Positions 51,738-62,284 of a DNA stretch of 64,000 bases are shown here, in pieces (the first letter of the stretch is position 1; each line of letters starts with the position of its first letter). The stretch comes from an uncultured cyanobacterium (GTDB lineage: Bacteria > Cyanobacteriota > Cyanobacteriia > CAKZMO01), in assembly GCA_963719515.1 (NCBI GenBank), contig CAVRCJ010000010.1, positions 1 through 64,000 of the forward strand, given 5' to 3'. A program made the translations under genes and the position numbers. Below the pieces are notes generated by a model. That model was not told the DNA's origin and did not search any database. It saw only the letters and a list, made by a program, of their open reading frames with translations.

Positions 51738-53546
51738 ATGAGCGGCGAGAGAAGTTTTGAGCAATTCCAGCAGGTGATGGAATCACTGGCGCGTACAGAG
51801 GACTACCTATCGCTTCGGGTACGGCAAGAAAAGCGACTCGCAATTCAGACGCTGCTTGAAGAGTGGGCTGCCGATATCTCGGCAGAGGAGCGGGCTAAGC
51901 TGCGGTTTGAGCAGGGTTTGATTGACGCCTACGAAAACAACTATCGGGAGGCGCTTTCGGTCTGGGACGCCACCGGCTTAGTGGATTCAGGGACAGTAGA
52001 TAGAAGTCTAGTGGATGCTGCTCCCAAGCAGTCTGGGTCGTCTAAGCGTGACGTTCGCAGCGTTTTGAGCGCTTACGAAGCCGCAATTGCCGCCTATGAG
52101 CACTCTAGCCCCGGTGACCCGGCGGAGGGCGTTGTTCTGGGGCTGCTTAACCGCTACCCAGAGGCGATCGCCGCGTTTAGTCAGGTTCTGGCAGACCGCC
52201 CCAACGATAGTCACGCCTGGTACAACAAGGCGATAACGCTGCGTAAGCTCGGCAGAGACCAGGCCGCGATCGCGGCTTTTGATGTATCCCTCGACATCGA
52301 CCCCGACGCCACCAAGGCCCACTACGGTAAAGCTATGCTGCTGTGCGAGCTGAATCGCCACGGCAAAGCTGCCGCCGCCTGGGACGACCTGCTGTCCCTC
52401 CAGCCCCATCGGCTTGAGGGACTGTTTGCCCAGGGCTTGTCCCTCACGTATCTGGGGCAGTACCGCGAGGCGATCGCCGCTGTGGGCGATGTTTTGGGCC
52501 TAGACCCCGACGACCAAGATGTCCTGCAATATCAGGGGTATGCCTTTCGTAAGCTGAGGCGCTACAAAGATGCAGTGGAGGCCTACGGGAGCGCCCTCGA
52601 CTTTCGGCAAAACTATCGGGGCATGGCCCATCGTCAGGTCAGCTACCCGAACTTTGTCTGTCAGCAGCTCAGCCAGCTCAAAGCCGCGATCGCGCCAAAA
52701 GAGGACGCGTCAGAGGCAACTGCTCTAGATAGGGCCAATGCCGAAGACTCCGGCGCTAAAGCACCAGAGGCAGTACTCAATGCCAGTACATCAGACGCCA
52801 ATACGTCAGCCCCTAACCCGTTTGATTCCGCTAGCTCAGCGCCGGAGCTGTCTGAGGAGCCAGGACTGCCGCTGCTGATAGACCCTATAGAGCCTAAGAA
52901 CGAGCTTAAGAATGAGCCCAAAAATCCTGAACCCGAGCTTCAGGAGCCCGAGGGTCAAGAACCCGAGCTGGACTCTCATGATCAAGAACCCGATGATTTG
53001 ACACCACAGGCGGAACTAGAAGAAGCGGCGATCGCCCCGGCTGAAGAGGGCGCTGAGGTGGAACCCCCCAAGTCGGTGGAGCTGGAGACGGCGGCGATCG
53101 CTGAGGCCTCAAATCTTCTAGACGATATGGAGCAAGCCCTACTGCAGGATGCTGAAGCGACGCAGGAGAGAGAGGATGAAGCGGTATCTGAGGCCCTGAG
53201 CGGTGATGCTGACACAGAGCCGCCGCCCAGACTCGATGGGGACCACGAGGCGCTTTACAACCAAGGGAATGCCTCAGTGCGTCAAGGCCGCTACGAAGAG
53301 GCGATCGCGCTCTACGACGCCGTTTTGACGATTCAGCCAGGCTATCAGTTGGCGGCGTACAACAAGGCCTGCTGCTATGCGCTGTGGGGGAGGCCGGAGC
53401 GGGCGGTGCAGCAGCTTGAGGAGGCGATCGCCCTCTATGCTGGGTACCGTGAGAAGGCTATGGCTGATGACGATTTTGCGTCGCTACGGGATGATGAGCG
53501 CTTCAAGAGTCTCGCGAATCGGAACGCTGCGCACCGCCATAAGTGA
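51738..53546 (+). CDS. Tetratricopeptide repeat protein
   Basis: Multiple TPRs (AWYNKAITL..LGR...A), acidic Pro/Glu linker, C-terminal YNKACCYAL...DDDF..LR.D.RF. Confidence 0.85.
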   Translation: MSGERSFEQFQQVMESLARTEDYLSLRVRQEKRLAIQTLLEEWAADISAEERAKLRFEQGLIDAYENNYREALSVWDATGLVDSGTVDRSLVDAAPKQSGSSKRDVRSVLSAYEAAIAAYEHSSPGDPAEGVVLGLLNRYPEAIAAFSQVLADRPNDSHAWYNKAITLRKLGRDQAAIAAFDVSLDIDPDATKAHYGKAMLLCELNRHGKAAAAWDDLLSLQPHRLEGLFAQGLSLTYLGQYREAIAAVGDVLGLDPDDQDVLQYQGYAFRKLRRYKDAVEAYGSALDFRQNYRGMAHRQVSYPNFVCQQLSQLKAAIAPKEDASEATALDRANAEDSGAKAPEAVLNASTSDANTSAPNPFDSASSAPELSEEPGLPLLIDPIEPKNELKNEPKNPEPELQEPEGQEPELDSHDQEPDDLTPQAELEEAAIAPAEEGAEVEPPKSVELETAAIAEASNLLDDMEQALLQDAEATQEREDEAVSEALSGDADTEPPPRLDGDHEALYNQGNASVRQGRYEEAIALYDAVLTIQPGYQLAAYNKACCYALWGRPERAVQQLEEAIALYAGYREKAMADDDFASLRDDERFKSLANRNAAHRHK

Positions 53547-54003
53547 GGCTCCTGAAGCCAGTAGGAGCGGTAGCGGTGGAGCGATTGTAGAATCCTCGCC
53601 TGCCGTCATCTGTACTGTGACAAACCTTAAACAGAATCTAAATAATAGCCAAAGGTTGCAACTGCTGTAACTGGGGCGATCGCTCTATGCCTACAAGCCT
53701 TGAAAGCCCTGCGGGGCTTGGCATTCAACCCTTCGTTTGGGGTTGTTCAGATCGATAATAGAAGGCCGAACCTGTGGGGATCGCGAGTTGAGTGGGATAT
53801 CATGACTTAGCTGTGGTTCATTAGAATGCGTACCTTAGCGACTCGTACGACCTTGAGGGACAGTGCCAGAACCGTTCTAGAGCCTACAGCAAGCGCTCAA
53901 TGTGCAACCTCTCAAGTTAGTTCTAGCGTTTGACAGAAGGCCTCAGGTAATCTGAGGCTCATAGTCAAGGCGCTATCAAAATCTGTTGGTAAAAGGAGAG
54001 TTC

Positions 54004-55167
54004 ATGAGGATTTCTGTCGTTAAAGAAAACGGCTTTGATGAGCGCCGCGTGGCCTTAACGCCTGACGTGGTCGCTCGACTAATCAAATCTGGATTCGAGG
54101 TTCACGTTGAGTCGGGCGCCGGAGAAGGCGCCTTCTTCTCAAATGAAGATTACCAAAGCGCAGGCGCAACAGTGGTGAGCGACCCTGGCCAGCTTTGGCG
54201 AGAGGCCGAGATTTTGATGACGGTATGCAGCACTCAGGCCGGAGATGATGACCAGCCCGGTTTTCGCTGGCTAAAGCCAGGCGCGATCCTCGTCGGCTTC
54301 ATGAACCCCCTGGGTGAGCCCGTCAAAATCAAAGAGATGGCCGAGCATGGAATCACGGTGTTCCCCATCGAAATGGTGCCCCGCAGCACCCGCGCTCAGA
54401 GCATGGACGCGCTGTCGTCCCAGGCCTCTTTGGCAGGCTACAAAGCGGTCTTGGTTGCGGCAGCCTCCCTGCCCAAGTTCTTCCCCATGCTAACCACCGC
54501 CGCCGGCACCATCCGCCCTGCCAAGATATTTATCATGGGGGCTGGTGTCGCGGGTCTGCAGGCGATCGCCACTGCCCGTAGACTCGGCGCCGTGGTAGAA
54601 GGCTACGACATCCGCCCCGAGGTGAAGGAGCAGGTGCAAAGTCTGGGCGCTAAGTTTGTGGAGCTAGTGCTCGATGAAGACACCAACGCTGAGGGGGGCT
54701 ATGCCAAAGAGCTCTCTGAGCAGTCGAAGCAAAAGGCCCTAGAGCTGGTAGCCGACCACGTCAGTCAGGCCGATGTGGTGATCACCACGGCCCAGGTGCC
54801 CGGGCGGAAAGCGCCTCTGTTGGTGACCGAAGAGATGGTCTCCCGCATGAAGCCGGGGTCTGTGATCGTAGATTTGGCCGCTGGGCAGGGGGGCAACTGT
54901 GCCTGCACCGAAGCTGGGAAAGACGTGGTGGCCCACGGGGTAACCGTCATTGGTCCTACCAACCTGCCTGCCTCCATGCCGGTCCACGCCAGCCAGACCT
55001 ATGCCAAAAACCTGCAGTCGCTGGTGGGGCTGCTGGTGAAAGACGGGGCGATCGCGCTCAACTTAGAAGACGACATTGTTAGTGGCACCTGCGCTGCCCA
55101 CGAGGGCAAAATCCGCAACGCCCGCATCCAGTCGGCCCTGGACAAGGCGTTGGCGGAAGCTCTGTAG
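54004..55167 (+). CDS. pntA: NAD(P) transhydrogenase alpha subunit, part 1
   Basis: ERRVALTP, RAQSMDALSSQ, GAGVAGLQA, GGYAK; start ATG 54004. Confidence 0.95.
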   Translation: MRISVVKENGFDERRVALTPDVVARLIKSGFEVHVESGAGEGAFFSNEDYQSAGATVVSDPGQLWREAEILMTVCSTQAGDDDQPGFRWLKPGAILVGFMNPLGEPVKIKEMAEHGITVFPIEMVPRSTRAQSMDALSSQASLAGYKAVLVAAASLPKFFPMLTTAAGTIRPAKIFIMGAGVAGLQAIATARRLGAVVEGYDIRPEVKEQVQSLGAKFVELVLDEDTNAEGGYAKELSEQSKQKALELVADHVSQADVVITTAQVPGRKAPLLVTEEMVSRMKPGSVIVDLAAGQGGNCACTEAGKDVVAHGVTVIGPTNLPASMPVHASQTYAKNLQSLVGLLVKDGAIALNLEDDIVSGTCAAHEGKIRNARIQSALDKALAEAL

Positions 55168-55347
55168 GGTGCGTTAGGAACGCACCGTCTCACTCGGTGC
55201 GTTCCTAACCTCGCATGAACTGTCGCGTTTCAAGACGGGTGCGTCATGACGCACCCTACGTAAACTTCCCTGTTCTAAAACCGGTGCGTCACGACGTACC
55301 CTGCGAACAATCAAAACCCGAAAATGGTGCGCTGCGGCGCACCGTAC
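55163..55347. repeat. Cluster of GTAG-type REP-like palindromes
   Basis: GTAGGGTGCGTTAGGAACGCACC, GGTGCGTCATGACGCACCCTAC, GGTGCGTCACGACGTACCCTGC, GGTGCGCTGCGGCGCACCGTAC. Confidence 0.75.
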
Positions 55348-55364
55348 ACCCAAGGAGCATATCT

Positions 55365-55652
55365 ATGGCAGCTGGACTGCTAACCGGATTGGTTGTCTTT
55401 GTGCTGGCGTCGTTCATCGGCTTTGAAGTCATCAACAAAGTCCCACCGACGCTACACACCCCCCTCATGTCGGGCGCAAACGCCATCTCTGGCATCGCCG
55501 TAGTGGGTGCCCTGCTGATATCCGGACCGAAAACCTGGAATCTAACGGTTATCCTGGGTCTCGTCGCCGTGGTGCTGGCTACCATCAACGTTGTGGGTGG
55601 CTTCCTGGTCACCGATCGCATGCTGGAAATGTTCAAGAAAAAGGAGGCGTAA
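55365..55652 (+). CDS. pntA: NAD(P) transhydrogenase alpha subunit, part 2
   Basis: KVPPTLHTPLMSGANAISG, NVVGGFLVTDRML; AAGGAG RBS before ATG 55365. Confidence 0.94.
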   Translation: MAAGLLTGLVVFVLASFIGFEVINKVPPTLHTPLMSGANAISGIAVVGALLISGPKTWNLTVILGLVAVVLATINVVGGFLVTDRMLEMFKKKEA

Positions 55653-57065
55653 GTGAACGCATTGACTGGATTGAATACCGGCATTGAGCTGTCTTATCTC
55701 GTCGCCGCATCACTGTTCATTTTGGGCCTTAAAAAGCTAGGCTCGCCCGCCACTGCCCGTCAGGGCAACACCTACGCCGCCGTGGGCATGCTGGTGGCCG
55801 TAGTGGCGACCTTAGTAAACCAAGAGGTGCTGAACTACCAGATAATTCTGGTGGGCGTAGTCGTTGGCTCGGTGATTGGGGCGATCGTCGCCCGCTCGGT
55901 CGCCATGACGGCGATGCCTCAGATGGTTGGCATCTTCAACGGTTTGGGCGGGGCCGCTTCGGCGTTGATTGCCATCGGTGAATTCTTCCGGCTTTTAAAT
56001 GCCGGTGGGCCGATTACGTTTGACGCCAGCCTAATTGCCGTACTGGGCGTGTTCATCGGCGGTCTTACCCTCACGGGTAGCCTGGTGGCCTTCGCCAAGC
56101 TTCAGGGTATTTTGCCCGGTATGCCGATTAAGTATCCGCTGCAGCAGCCCTTGAACCTGGCGCTGCTGGTGGGTTTCGTGGTGGGTTCGGTCTACCTGAT
56201 TGTGAACCCGACAAATCTGCCAGTCTTTCTAGGTCTGGTGGCCATCTCCCTGCTGCTGGGGGTGCTGTTTGTAATCCCCATCGGCGGAGCCGATATGCCC
56301 GTGGTAATTTCGCTGCTCAACTCCCTTTCGGGTTTGGCAGCGAGCGCGGCGGGCTTCATTCTGCTCAATAACGTGCTGATTGTCTCAGGGGCGCTGGTGG
56401 GCGCGTCGGGCCTCATCCTGACGCAGATTATGTGTAAAGCTATGAATCGCTCTTTGCCCAGCGTGCTGTTTGGCGCATTTGGCGGCGGCGGGACAGTGGC
56501 GAGTGGTGGCGGCGGCGCGGACTACGACAAGACCGTGCGTCATTTAGAGGCAGAAGAGGGCGCTATGATGCTGGGCTACGCCAAGTCTGTGGTGATTGTG
56601 CCCGGATACGGTATGGCCGTAGCTCAGGCACAGCACTCCATCCGCGAACTGGCTGACCAGCTGGAGAACCTCGGCGTCGAGGTGCGCTACGCGATTCATC
56701 CTGTGGCAGGGCGGATGCCGGGTCACATGAACGTGCTGCTGGCGGAGGCCAATGTGCCCTACAACCAGCTCTACGATATGGATGATATCAACCCTGAGTT
56801 TGACCGTACGGACGTAGCCCTGGTGATCGGGGCCAACGACGTGGTGAACCCGGCGGCTCGCGATGCGCCCACCAGCCCTATCTTCGGCATGCCCATTCTG
56901 GAGGTAGACCGGGCGCAGCACACGATCATCATCAAGCGCAGCCTCAGCACGGGCTTTGCAGGCATCGATAATGAGCTGTTCTACAAGAGCAACACGGCGA
57001 TGCTGTTTGGTAGCGCTAAAGATATGGTGGCTCAGCTCGTGAGCGAGGTGAAGCAGCTCAACTAG
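55653..57065 (+). CDS. pntB: NAD(P) transhydrogenase beta subunit
   Basis: PIGGADMPVVISLLNS, PGYGMAVAQAQ, HPVAGRMPGHMNVLLAEA. Confidence 0.97.
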   Translation: MNALTGLNTGIELSYLVAASLFILGLKKLGSPATARQGNTYAAVGMLVAVVATLVNQEVLNYQIILVGVVVGSVIGAIVARSVAMTAMPQMVGIFNGLGGAASALIAIGEFFRLLNAGGPITFDASLIAVLGVFIGGLTLTGSLVAFAKLQGILPGMPIKYPLQQPLNLALLVGFVVGSVYLIVNPTNLPVFLGLVAISLLLGVLFVIPIGGADMPVVISLLNSLSGLAASAAGFILLNNVLIVSGALVGASGLILTQIMCKAMNRSLPSVLFGAFGGGGTVASGGGGADYDKTVRHLEAEEGAMMLGYAKSVVIVPGYGMAVAQAQHSIRELADQLENLGVEVRYAIHPVAGRMPGHMNVLLAEANVPYNQLYDMDDINPEFDRTDVALVIGANDVVNPAARDAPTSPIFGMPILEVDRAQHTIIIKRSLSTGFAGIDNELFYKSNTAMLFGSAKDMVAQLVSEVKQLN

Positions 57066-57112
57066 TCTGCGCTCTCTTAAAGATGCGGTGGCCGTAAGTA
57101 AACCCGCTGTCC

Positions 57113-57148
57113 TAGCGATCGCCTTTTTTGACAGGAGGCGATCGCTAG
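57113..57148. terminator. HIP1-based hairpin after pntB
   Basis: CTAGCGATCGCCT...AGGCGATCGCTAG. Confidence 0.5.
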
Positions 57149-57251
57149 CCGTTTTAGCCCTGGCCCTGTACTCAAGCCTGGGCCAAAAGCCAATCCCACG
57201 GCGAATGCGATACAGTCTGTAGAGACCCCGTCAATAGACCGTATTCGCACT

Positions 57252-58694
57252 ATGACCACCCTTCCCCGACCTCAAACCGAAACCTCCCTGACCTGGTCAA
57301 AGGCGATCGCCCAACCCGCCTCAGAGTTTCCCAAGACAGCGCTACCTCTGCTAGAGGGCTGCGTTCCCCAAGGGTTACGGGGCACCCTATACCGCAACGG
57401 GCCGGGGCGGCTGGAGCGGGCGGGTGAAAAAGTGGGGCATTGGTTTGACGGGGATGGCGCTGTGCTGGCGGTATCGCTTGGGGAGGAAGCCTCAGCCACC
57501 TATCGCTACGTGCGCACCAGCCAGTTTGCGACCGAAGAGCTCGCCGATAAGTTTCTCTACAGCGGCTACGGCACAATGGCTCCGGGGCCCGTTTGGAAAC
57601 GCTGGACGACTCCCCTCAAGAATGCCGCCAACACCTCAGTCCTGGCCTTGGGCGATCGCCTCCTAACGCTGTGGGAAGGTGGCAACCCCCACGCCTTAGA
57701 CCTAGATAGCCTAAGGACTTTGGGGCGCGATGACTTAGATGGGGCACTAGCAGGAAATCTCGCCTACTCCGCCCATCCCAAGGTTGACCCTACAACCGGC
57801 GATATCTATAACTTTGGCGTTGCGCCAGGACTCAACTCGACGCTTCACCTCTACCGCAGCGATCGCGCGGGGCGAGTGCAGCAGCAGGCCGAAATTCCTC
57901 TAGACGGCACGCCTCTGGTGCACGACTTTGCCTTAGCAGGCCCTTACCTAGTGTTTTGCGCCCCCCCCACGCGCATCGACCTGCTGCCTGTAGGCCTGGG
58001 TCTCAAGCCGTTCAGCGACTCGATTCAGTGGAAGCCCGAGCTAGGTACTCAGATCTATGTCGTCGATAAGACCTCGCTCGCCTTGGTGAGCCAAAGCGTC
58101 GCCGATCCCTGGTTTCAGTGGCACGTCAGCAATGCCTACCTCGATGCCCAGGGCCACATTGTGCTGGATGTAATCCGCTATGCCGACTTCCAGACCAACG
58201 AATTTCTGCGAGAAGTGGCCGCAGGGGAGATCCAAACCCAGACGAAAGGAACCTACTGGCGATTTCAGCTTGACCCCACTACGGGTAAGGTTCTCTCTCA
58301 AACAGAACTCATTAGCCGGGGGTGCGAATTTCCGGTGGTGAAGCCACAGCACGTCGGGCAAGAAGCTGACGCGGTTTACCTGACCATCCACCGCCAAAAC
58401 GCTAGGGGTCACCGCGATTTATTCGGGGCGATCGCCCGCCTTACGCCTGCAACTGGGGCAATGGTGTTAGCGGATTTGGGTGAGCAGCGCTATCCCTCAG
58501 AGCCGATTTACGCTGAGGATTGCGACGCGCCTGAACGAGGATGGCTACTGACTGTTGTATTTGACGGGGCGAGGGAGCAAAGCGAGGTATGGATTTTTGA
58601 CGCTGATGGGTTAGAGTACGGACCGGTAGCCCGGTTAGGTCTGCCCGGCATCATTCCCCACAGCTTCCATGGCACTTGGCACCCAGCGATTTAA
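57252..58694 (+). CDS. Carotenoid oxygenase (RPE65/CCD family)
   Basis: GTLYRNGPG, HWFDGDG, SAHPKVDP, VHDF, EFP, SEP, FHGTW. Confidence 0.93.
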   Translation: MTTLPRPQTETSLTWSKAIAQPASEFPKTALPLLEGCVPQGLRGTLYRNGPGRLERAGEKVGHWFDGDGAVLAVSLGEEASATYRYVRTSQFATEELADKFLYSGYGTMAPGPVWKRWTTPLKNAANTSVLALGDRLLTLWEGGNPHALDLDSLRTLGRDDLDGALAGNLAYSAHPKVDPTTGDIYNFGVAPGLNSTLHLYRSDRAGRVQQQAEIPLDGTPLVHDFALAGPYLVFCAPPTRIDLLPVGLGLKPFSDSIQWKPELGTQIYVVDKTSLALVSQSVADPWFQWHVSNAYLDAQGHIVLDVIRYADFQTNEFLREVAAGEIQTQTKGTYWRFQLDPTTGKVLSQTELISRGCEFPVVKPQHVGQEADAVYLTIHRQNARGHRDLFGAIARLTPATGAMVLADLGEQRYPSEPIYAEDCDAPERGWLLTVVFDGAREQSEVWIFDADGLEYGPVARLGLPGIIPHSFHGTWHPAI

Positions 58695-59651
58695 ATGACC
58701 CCAAATCAAATAGGGCACTGCTCCACCACAGCGACGAATCCCTTAGCTGAGCTTTCCCTAACTCAGCTCAATGAGTGGATTCGGCATGCGAAATACTATG
58801 CCAAGAGCGGTCGTGTGCCCACCTACGTTGGCGGGCTAGCAACGGCTCAGACAGACTGGTTTGGGCTCAAGATTGGCGGGGAGGGAATCGCGAAACAGCT
58901 GGGGGAAACCCACTTAGCGTTTCCGCTGATGAGCGTTATGAAGCCTTTCTTGCTGTTTCACCTGCTCGAAACCGAGGGGGAGCGAGTTTTTGAGCAGGTC
59001 GGCATTCAGCCTTCTGAGCAGCCGTTCAATTCTCTCAAGCAGCTCGAAGCGGACGACTACTTCCCCCGCAACCCCATGCTCAACAGCGGGGCTATTGTCC
59101 TCACCTCAATGCTGTCCGGCGCTGATGGCGAAGCGCGGTGCGATCGCCTGCGGCAGTGGCTCAACCACCGGGCAGGCTGCGCGCTGACCCTAGACGAGCA
59201 GATGCTGGCCACCGTGCGATCGCTGCCCAACGAGCGAAACCGCTGTATTGCTCGGGCTTTAGGAGATGCCAATCGGCTACAAAGCGAGGTCTCAGTCGCC
59301 CTCGACGCCTACGAGCGGATCTGCTGTCTCTCTGGCACCCTAGACGACGTCGTTGCCTTGGGTAAGCTGTTTGTTGACCCGCAGCTCGGCGTTTTCGAGC
59401 ATCAGCGGAAGGTGCTGGCGCTGATGCTTACCTGCGGACTTTACGAAGAATCAGGAACGGCTGCGGTCCGCATCGGACTGCCTATGAAGTCGGGAGTCAG
59501 CGGCGTGCTGCTGGCCGTCCTGCCGACGGGCGGAATTATTGCGACCTATAGTCCTCCCCTCAACGCCATTGGTAATTCTTTAGGGGGGCTCTATCTGATG
59601 ACCCAGATGTCTCAACACCTAAAGCTCAGCCTGCTATCGCCTAAGTTATAA
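58695..59651 (+). CDS. glsA: Glutaminase
   Basis: FPLMSVMKP, PRNPMLNSGAI, TCGLYE.SG, GLPMKSGVSG, SPPLN..GNS. Confidence 0.9.
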   Translation: MTPNQIGHCSTTATNPLAELSLTQLNEWIRHAKYYAKSGRVPTYVGGLATAQTDWFGLKIGGEGIAKQLGETHLAFPLMSVMKPFLLFHLLETEGERVFEQVGIQPSEQPFNSLKQLEADDYFPRNPMLNSGAIVLTSMLSGADGEARCDRLRQWLNHRAGCALTLDEQMLATVRSLPNERNRCIARALGDANRLQSEVSVALDAYERICCLSGTLDDVVALGKLFVDPQLGVFEHQRKVLALMLTCGLYEESGTAAVRIGLPMKSGVSGVLLAVLPTGGIIATYSPPLNAIGNSLGGLYLMTQMSQHLKLSLLSPKL

Positions 59652-59653
59652 CC

Positions 59654-60676
59654 ATGGCCTCACGCTCTAAAGCTCTTTTCTACTACGTGCTCACGCGGCT
59701 GCTGCTAGCGCCCCTGATGCTGTTTACGATTACGACGTTTGTCTTTTTGCTGATGCGGGCAACCCCCGGTGACCCGGTGGATGTGGCGCTCGGCCCCCGA
59801 GCCCCTGAGGCCGCTCGGGAGGCAATGCGGGAGCGGCTAGGGCTCAACGCACCGCTGTGGGTCCAGTATTTGGTTTACATGGGGGCCCTGCTGCGGTTTG
59901 ATTTGGGAACAGCGCTAGATAACACTCCGGTAACCCGAATCATTGCTCAGCACTTTCCTGCGACGGTAGAACTCGCGGTCTGCAGCATGCTCGTTTCGGT
60001 GACGGTGGGGTTGGCGGTCGGGGCCCTGGCGGCCTCTCGGCCCAACACCCCGCTCGACGCTGGCGGGCGGCTGTTTGGGATTATCACCTACGCTGTGCCC
60101 ATGTATTGGTTTGGGATGCTGCTGCAGCTTTTGTTCGCCGTGCAGCTCAGGTGGTTTCCCCTAGGCTCGCGCTATCCTCTCTCCGCGCAGCCACCCGACG
60201 GTCCGACAGGGCTATATCTGGTAGATAGTCTGCTCCATCTCAATCTGGGGCAGTTTGGCACAACTCTCTACTATCTGGCCCTTCCCAGCGTGACCTTGGG
60301 CGTCCTGCTGAGCGGCATCTTTGAGCGGATTATTCGGGTCAACCTCAAGCAGACGCTGCGCTCAGACTACGTTGAGGCGGCAAGGGCTAGGGGGATTCCG
60401 GAGCGGCGTATCGTACTGGTCCATGCGCTAAAAAATGCGCTGATACCCGTGGTGACGGTATTGGGGCTGACGTTTGCCTCCCTGTTGGGAGGGGCAGTGC
60501 TCACAGAGGTGACCTTTGGCTGGCCAGGGCTGGCCGGACGGCTGTACGAGGCGATCGCTGAGCGAGACTATGCGGTGGTGCAAGGTGTGCTGGTGTTTTT
60601 CGCCGTGATTGTGGCGATCGCTAGCATCGTGATTGATATTCTCAATGCCTGGATTGATCCGCGCATTCGCTATTAG
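59654..60676 (+). CDS. Peptide ABC transporter permease (DppB/OppB family)
   Basis: PGDP, FPATVELA, DYVEAARARG, HALKNALIP, WPGL, IDPRIRY. Confidence 0.93.
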   Translation: MASRSKALFYYVLTRLLLAPLMLFTITTFVFLLMRATPGDPVDVALGPRAPEAAREAMRERLGLNAPLWVQYLVYMGALLRFDLGTALDNTPVTRIIAQHFPATVELAVCSMLVSVTVGLAVGALAASRPNTPLDAGGRLFGIITYAVPMYWFGMLLQLLFAVQLRWFPLGSRYPLSAQPPDGPTGLYLVDSLLHLNLGQFGTTLYYLALPSVTLGVLLSGIFERIIRVNLKQTLRSDYVEAARARGIPERRIVLVHALKNALIPVVTVLGLTFASLLGGAVLTEVTFGWPGLAGRLYEAIAERDYAVVQGVLVFFAVIVAIASIVIDILNAWIDPRIRY

Positions 60677-60934
60677 ATCCTACTTTTGAGCTGGAGCAGA
60701 AAACCTGTCCTATAGAGTTAGCGGTGTCTATGTCTCAAGATAGTTTTAGTACGCAAACTTACGCGGGCTGAACTGCTCTGCTTTAAAGGAGCGTCAACGC
60801 TGCTTCTCGCCGCCTTTGGCCCACAAAGTCATAGTGCAATTCTCTCAGTGGAAAAGCGCGACCGTAGAGCGATTCTGAATCACTCCAATGGTGGAGGGGA
60901 TTAATCAAATATCACGGAATCATGAAGTTAGACA

Positions 60935-61037
60935 TATAGCAGATGTCCCAATGCATTAAGACATTTGCGCGTTCAGTTGTCTACCCAAAGTCAGGCTTTC
61001 AGCCGAATCTGGTCTAAGCAACTGAACCAACGCAATA
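60935..61037. repeat. ~105-bp dispersed structured repeat, copy 3
   Basis: Homologous to 5535 and 41135. Confidence 0.8.
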
Positions 61038-61083
61038 GTGCTCTAAAGCATAAACAAAATTAATAAAACTAGAGGTTACAGCA

Positions 61084-61638
61084 ATGGCCGACAAGACAAC
61101 GCTGGAAACGAAGCTTGCCGATTTGAAGCTTTTTCAAACGGTTCTCATTGAGATTGAGCAAAAGCTCATGGCGCAAACTCAGGACAGCACCATTCGCGAG
61201 CGGCTCGAGGGCATGCTGAAGAGCGATCGCGAAAATCTCGCCCCTATCGAAGAGGCAATCTCTAAATCTGCTACCAGCGGCTCTCCCCGAAATATTACTC
61301 AGCAGCACGCCGACAAAGTTTTGGAAATGATGGACTCATCGGACCTGTCTCTCTATGACAAGTTCTTTCAGTTTGAGCTTTTGAAGCACCAGCAAACCAT
61401 GACTGGTTTGGTACTTCATAAAGTGGGGCAGACGCTAGACGATACGCTTCAAGACGCCATGGAACCCCTCAACAAAGTCAACTTTGAAAATCGCGCTCAT
61501 CAAGAGGTGCTCAAGGGCGTTCTCTACTTCGTCGGCACGAGAGAAATGGCAGGAAAAGATCCTGACATGGGCATTTGGGCGAGCGTTGAGCAAGGCATTG
61601 CGGCCCTCAAGGGCGCTATCGGTTCAGCCGCAAGCTAG
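61084..61638 (+). CDS. Ferritin-like helical protein resembling the N-terminal part of cyanobacterial hemerythrin-domain proteins
   Basis: KLADLK.FQ, FELLKHQQ.M.G, PLN.VNFENRAHQE.LKG, G..PD.G.W; RBS GAGG. Confidence 0.65.
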   Translation: MADKTTLETKLADLKLFQTVLIEIEQKLMAQTQDSTIRERLEGMLKSDRENLAPIEEAISKSATSGSPRNITQQHADKVLEMMDSSDLSLYDKFFQFELLKHQQTMTGLVLHKVGQTLDDTLQDAMEPLNKVNFENRAHQEVLKGVLYFVGTREMAGKDPDMGIWASVEQGIAALKGAIGSAAS

Positions 61639-61746
61639 TAGAAAATCCAGATTGATCCAGCTGAATTGATTTTATCAGGTTGGTTTTGTCAGGTTGACTT
61701 TGCGAAAATCGCAAAGTCAACCTTTTTCTATGCCGCGGTTCAGGGC

Positions 61747-62277
61747 CTATCCACCGGTTAGCCCCAGCAGCACTAGTCCTCCCACCAGCATAATCACTCC
61801 CAACCCCAGCCACACGAACCCGTTTTCTCGGGTGTTTACCTGGCTTAGATCTACTGGTTCTGGCTTCGGGCTTGGCTTCGGCGGGCGCGATCGCTTTGGC
61901 GGTGCGTACTGCGACAGTCCCTTGCCCGAGCCGCCCTCTTCTAATGAGGACAGATCGGGAATCGGAGTGATCCATTCGGGCCGCAGCTTGAGCTGCGGGG
62001 CCTCCAAGATATACAGCAGTCGTCGGGCCTGCTTGGCGGTGACGGAGTCTGGATGACGGGTCACCTGACGGCATAGGGTGATGGCGTCCTGCATTTGCCC
62101 CTGGGCTTGGTAGGCGGTCACCAGCCAAATCCCCACCTCTCCGCCAAAGGGAGAAATTCTGTCCACCAAGCTGACCGCTTTTTCTAGAAGCTGTACGGCT
62201 TGGCGATACTGCCCCCGCTCAAAGGCCAGCTTCCCCAGCTCGTACTGCTGGCGGGCAATCGTACGCTGATCCGTCAT
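61747..62277 (-). CDS. TPR protein with C-terminal TM anchor
   Basis: GKLAFERGQYRQAV..LE.A, WLVTAY.A.G, LYILEAP.L, terminal hydrophobic helix. Confidence 0.8.
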   Translation of the reverse strand: MTDQRTIARQQYELGKLAFERGQYRQAVQLLEKAVSLVDRISPFGGEVGIWLVTAYQAQGQMQDAITLCRQVTRHPDSVTAKQARRLLYILEAPQLKLRPEWITPIPDLSSLEEGGSGKGLSQYAPPKRSRPPKPSPKPEPVDLSQVNTRENGFVWLGLGVIMLVGGLVLLGLTGG

Positions 62278-62284
62278 GCTCTCG

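Noticed and set aside
55215..55364. N-terminal extension of PntA part 2
   Set aside because: Reads through REP palindromes; a strong RBS supports ATG 55365.
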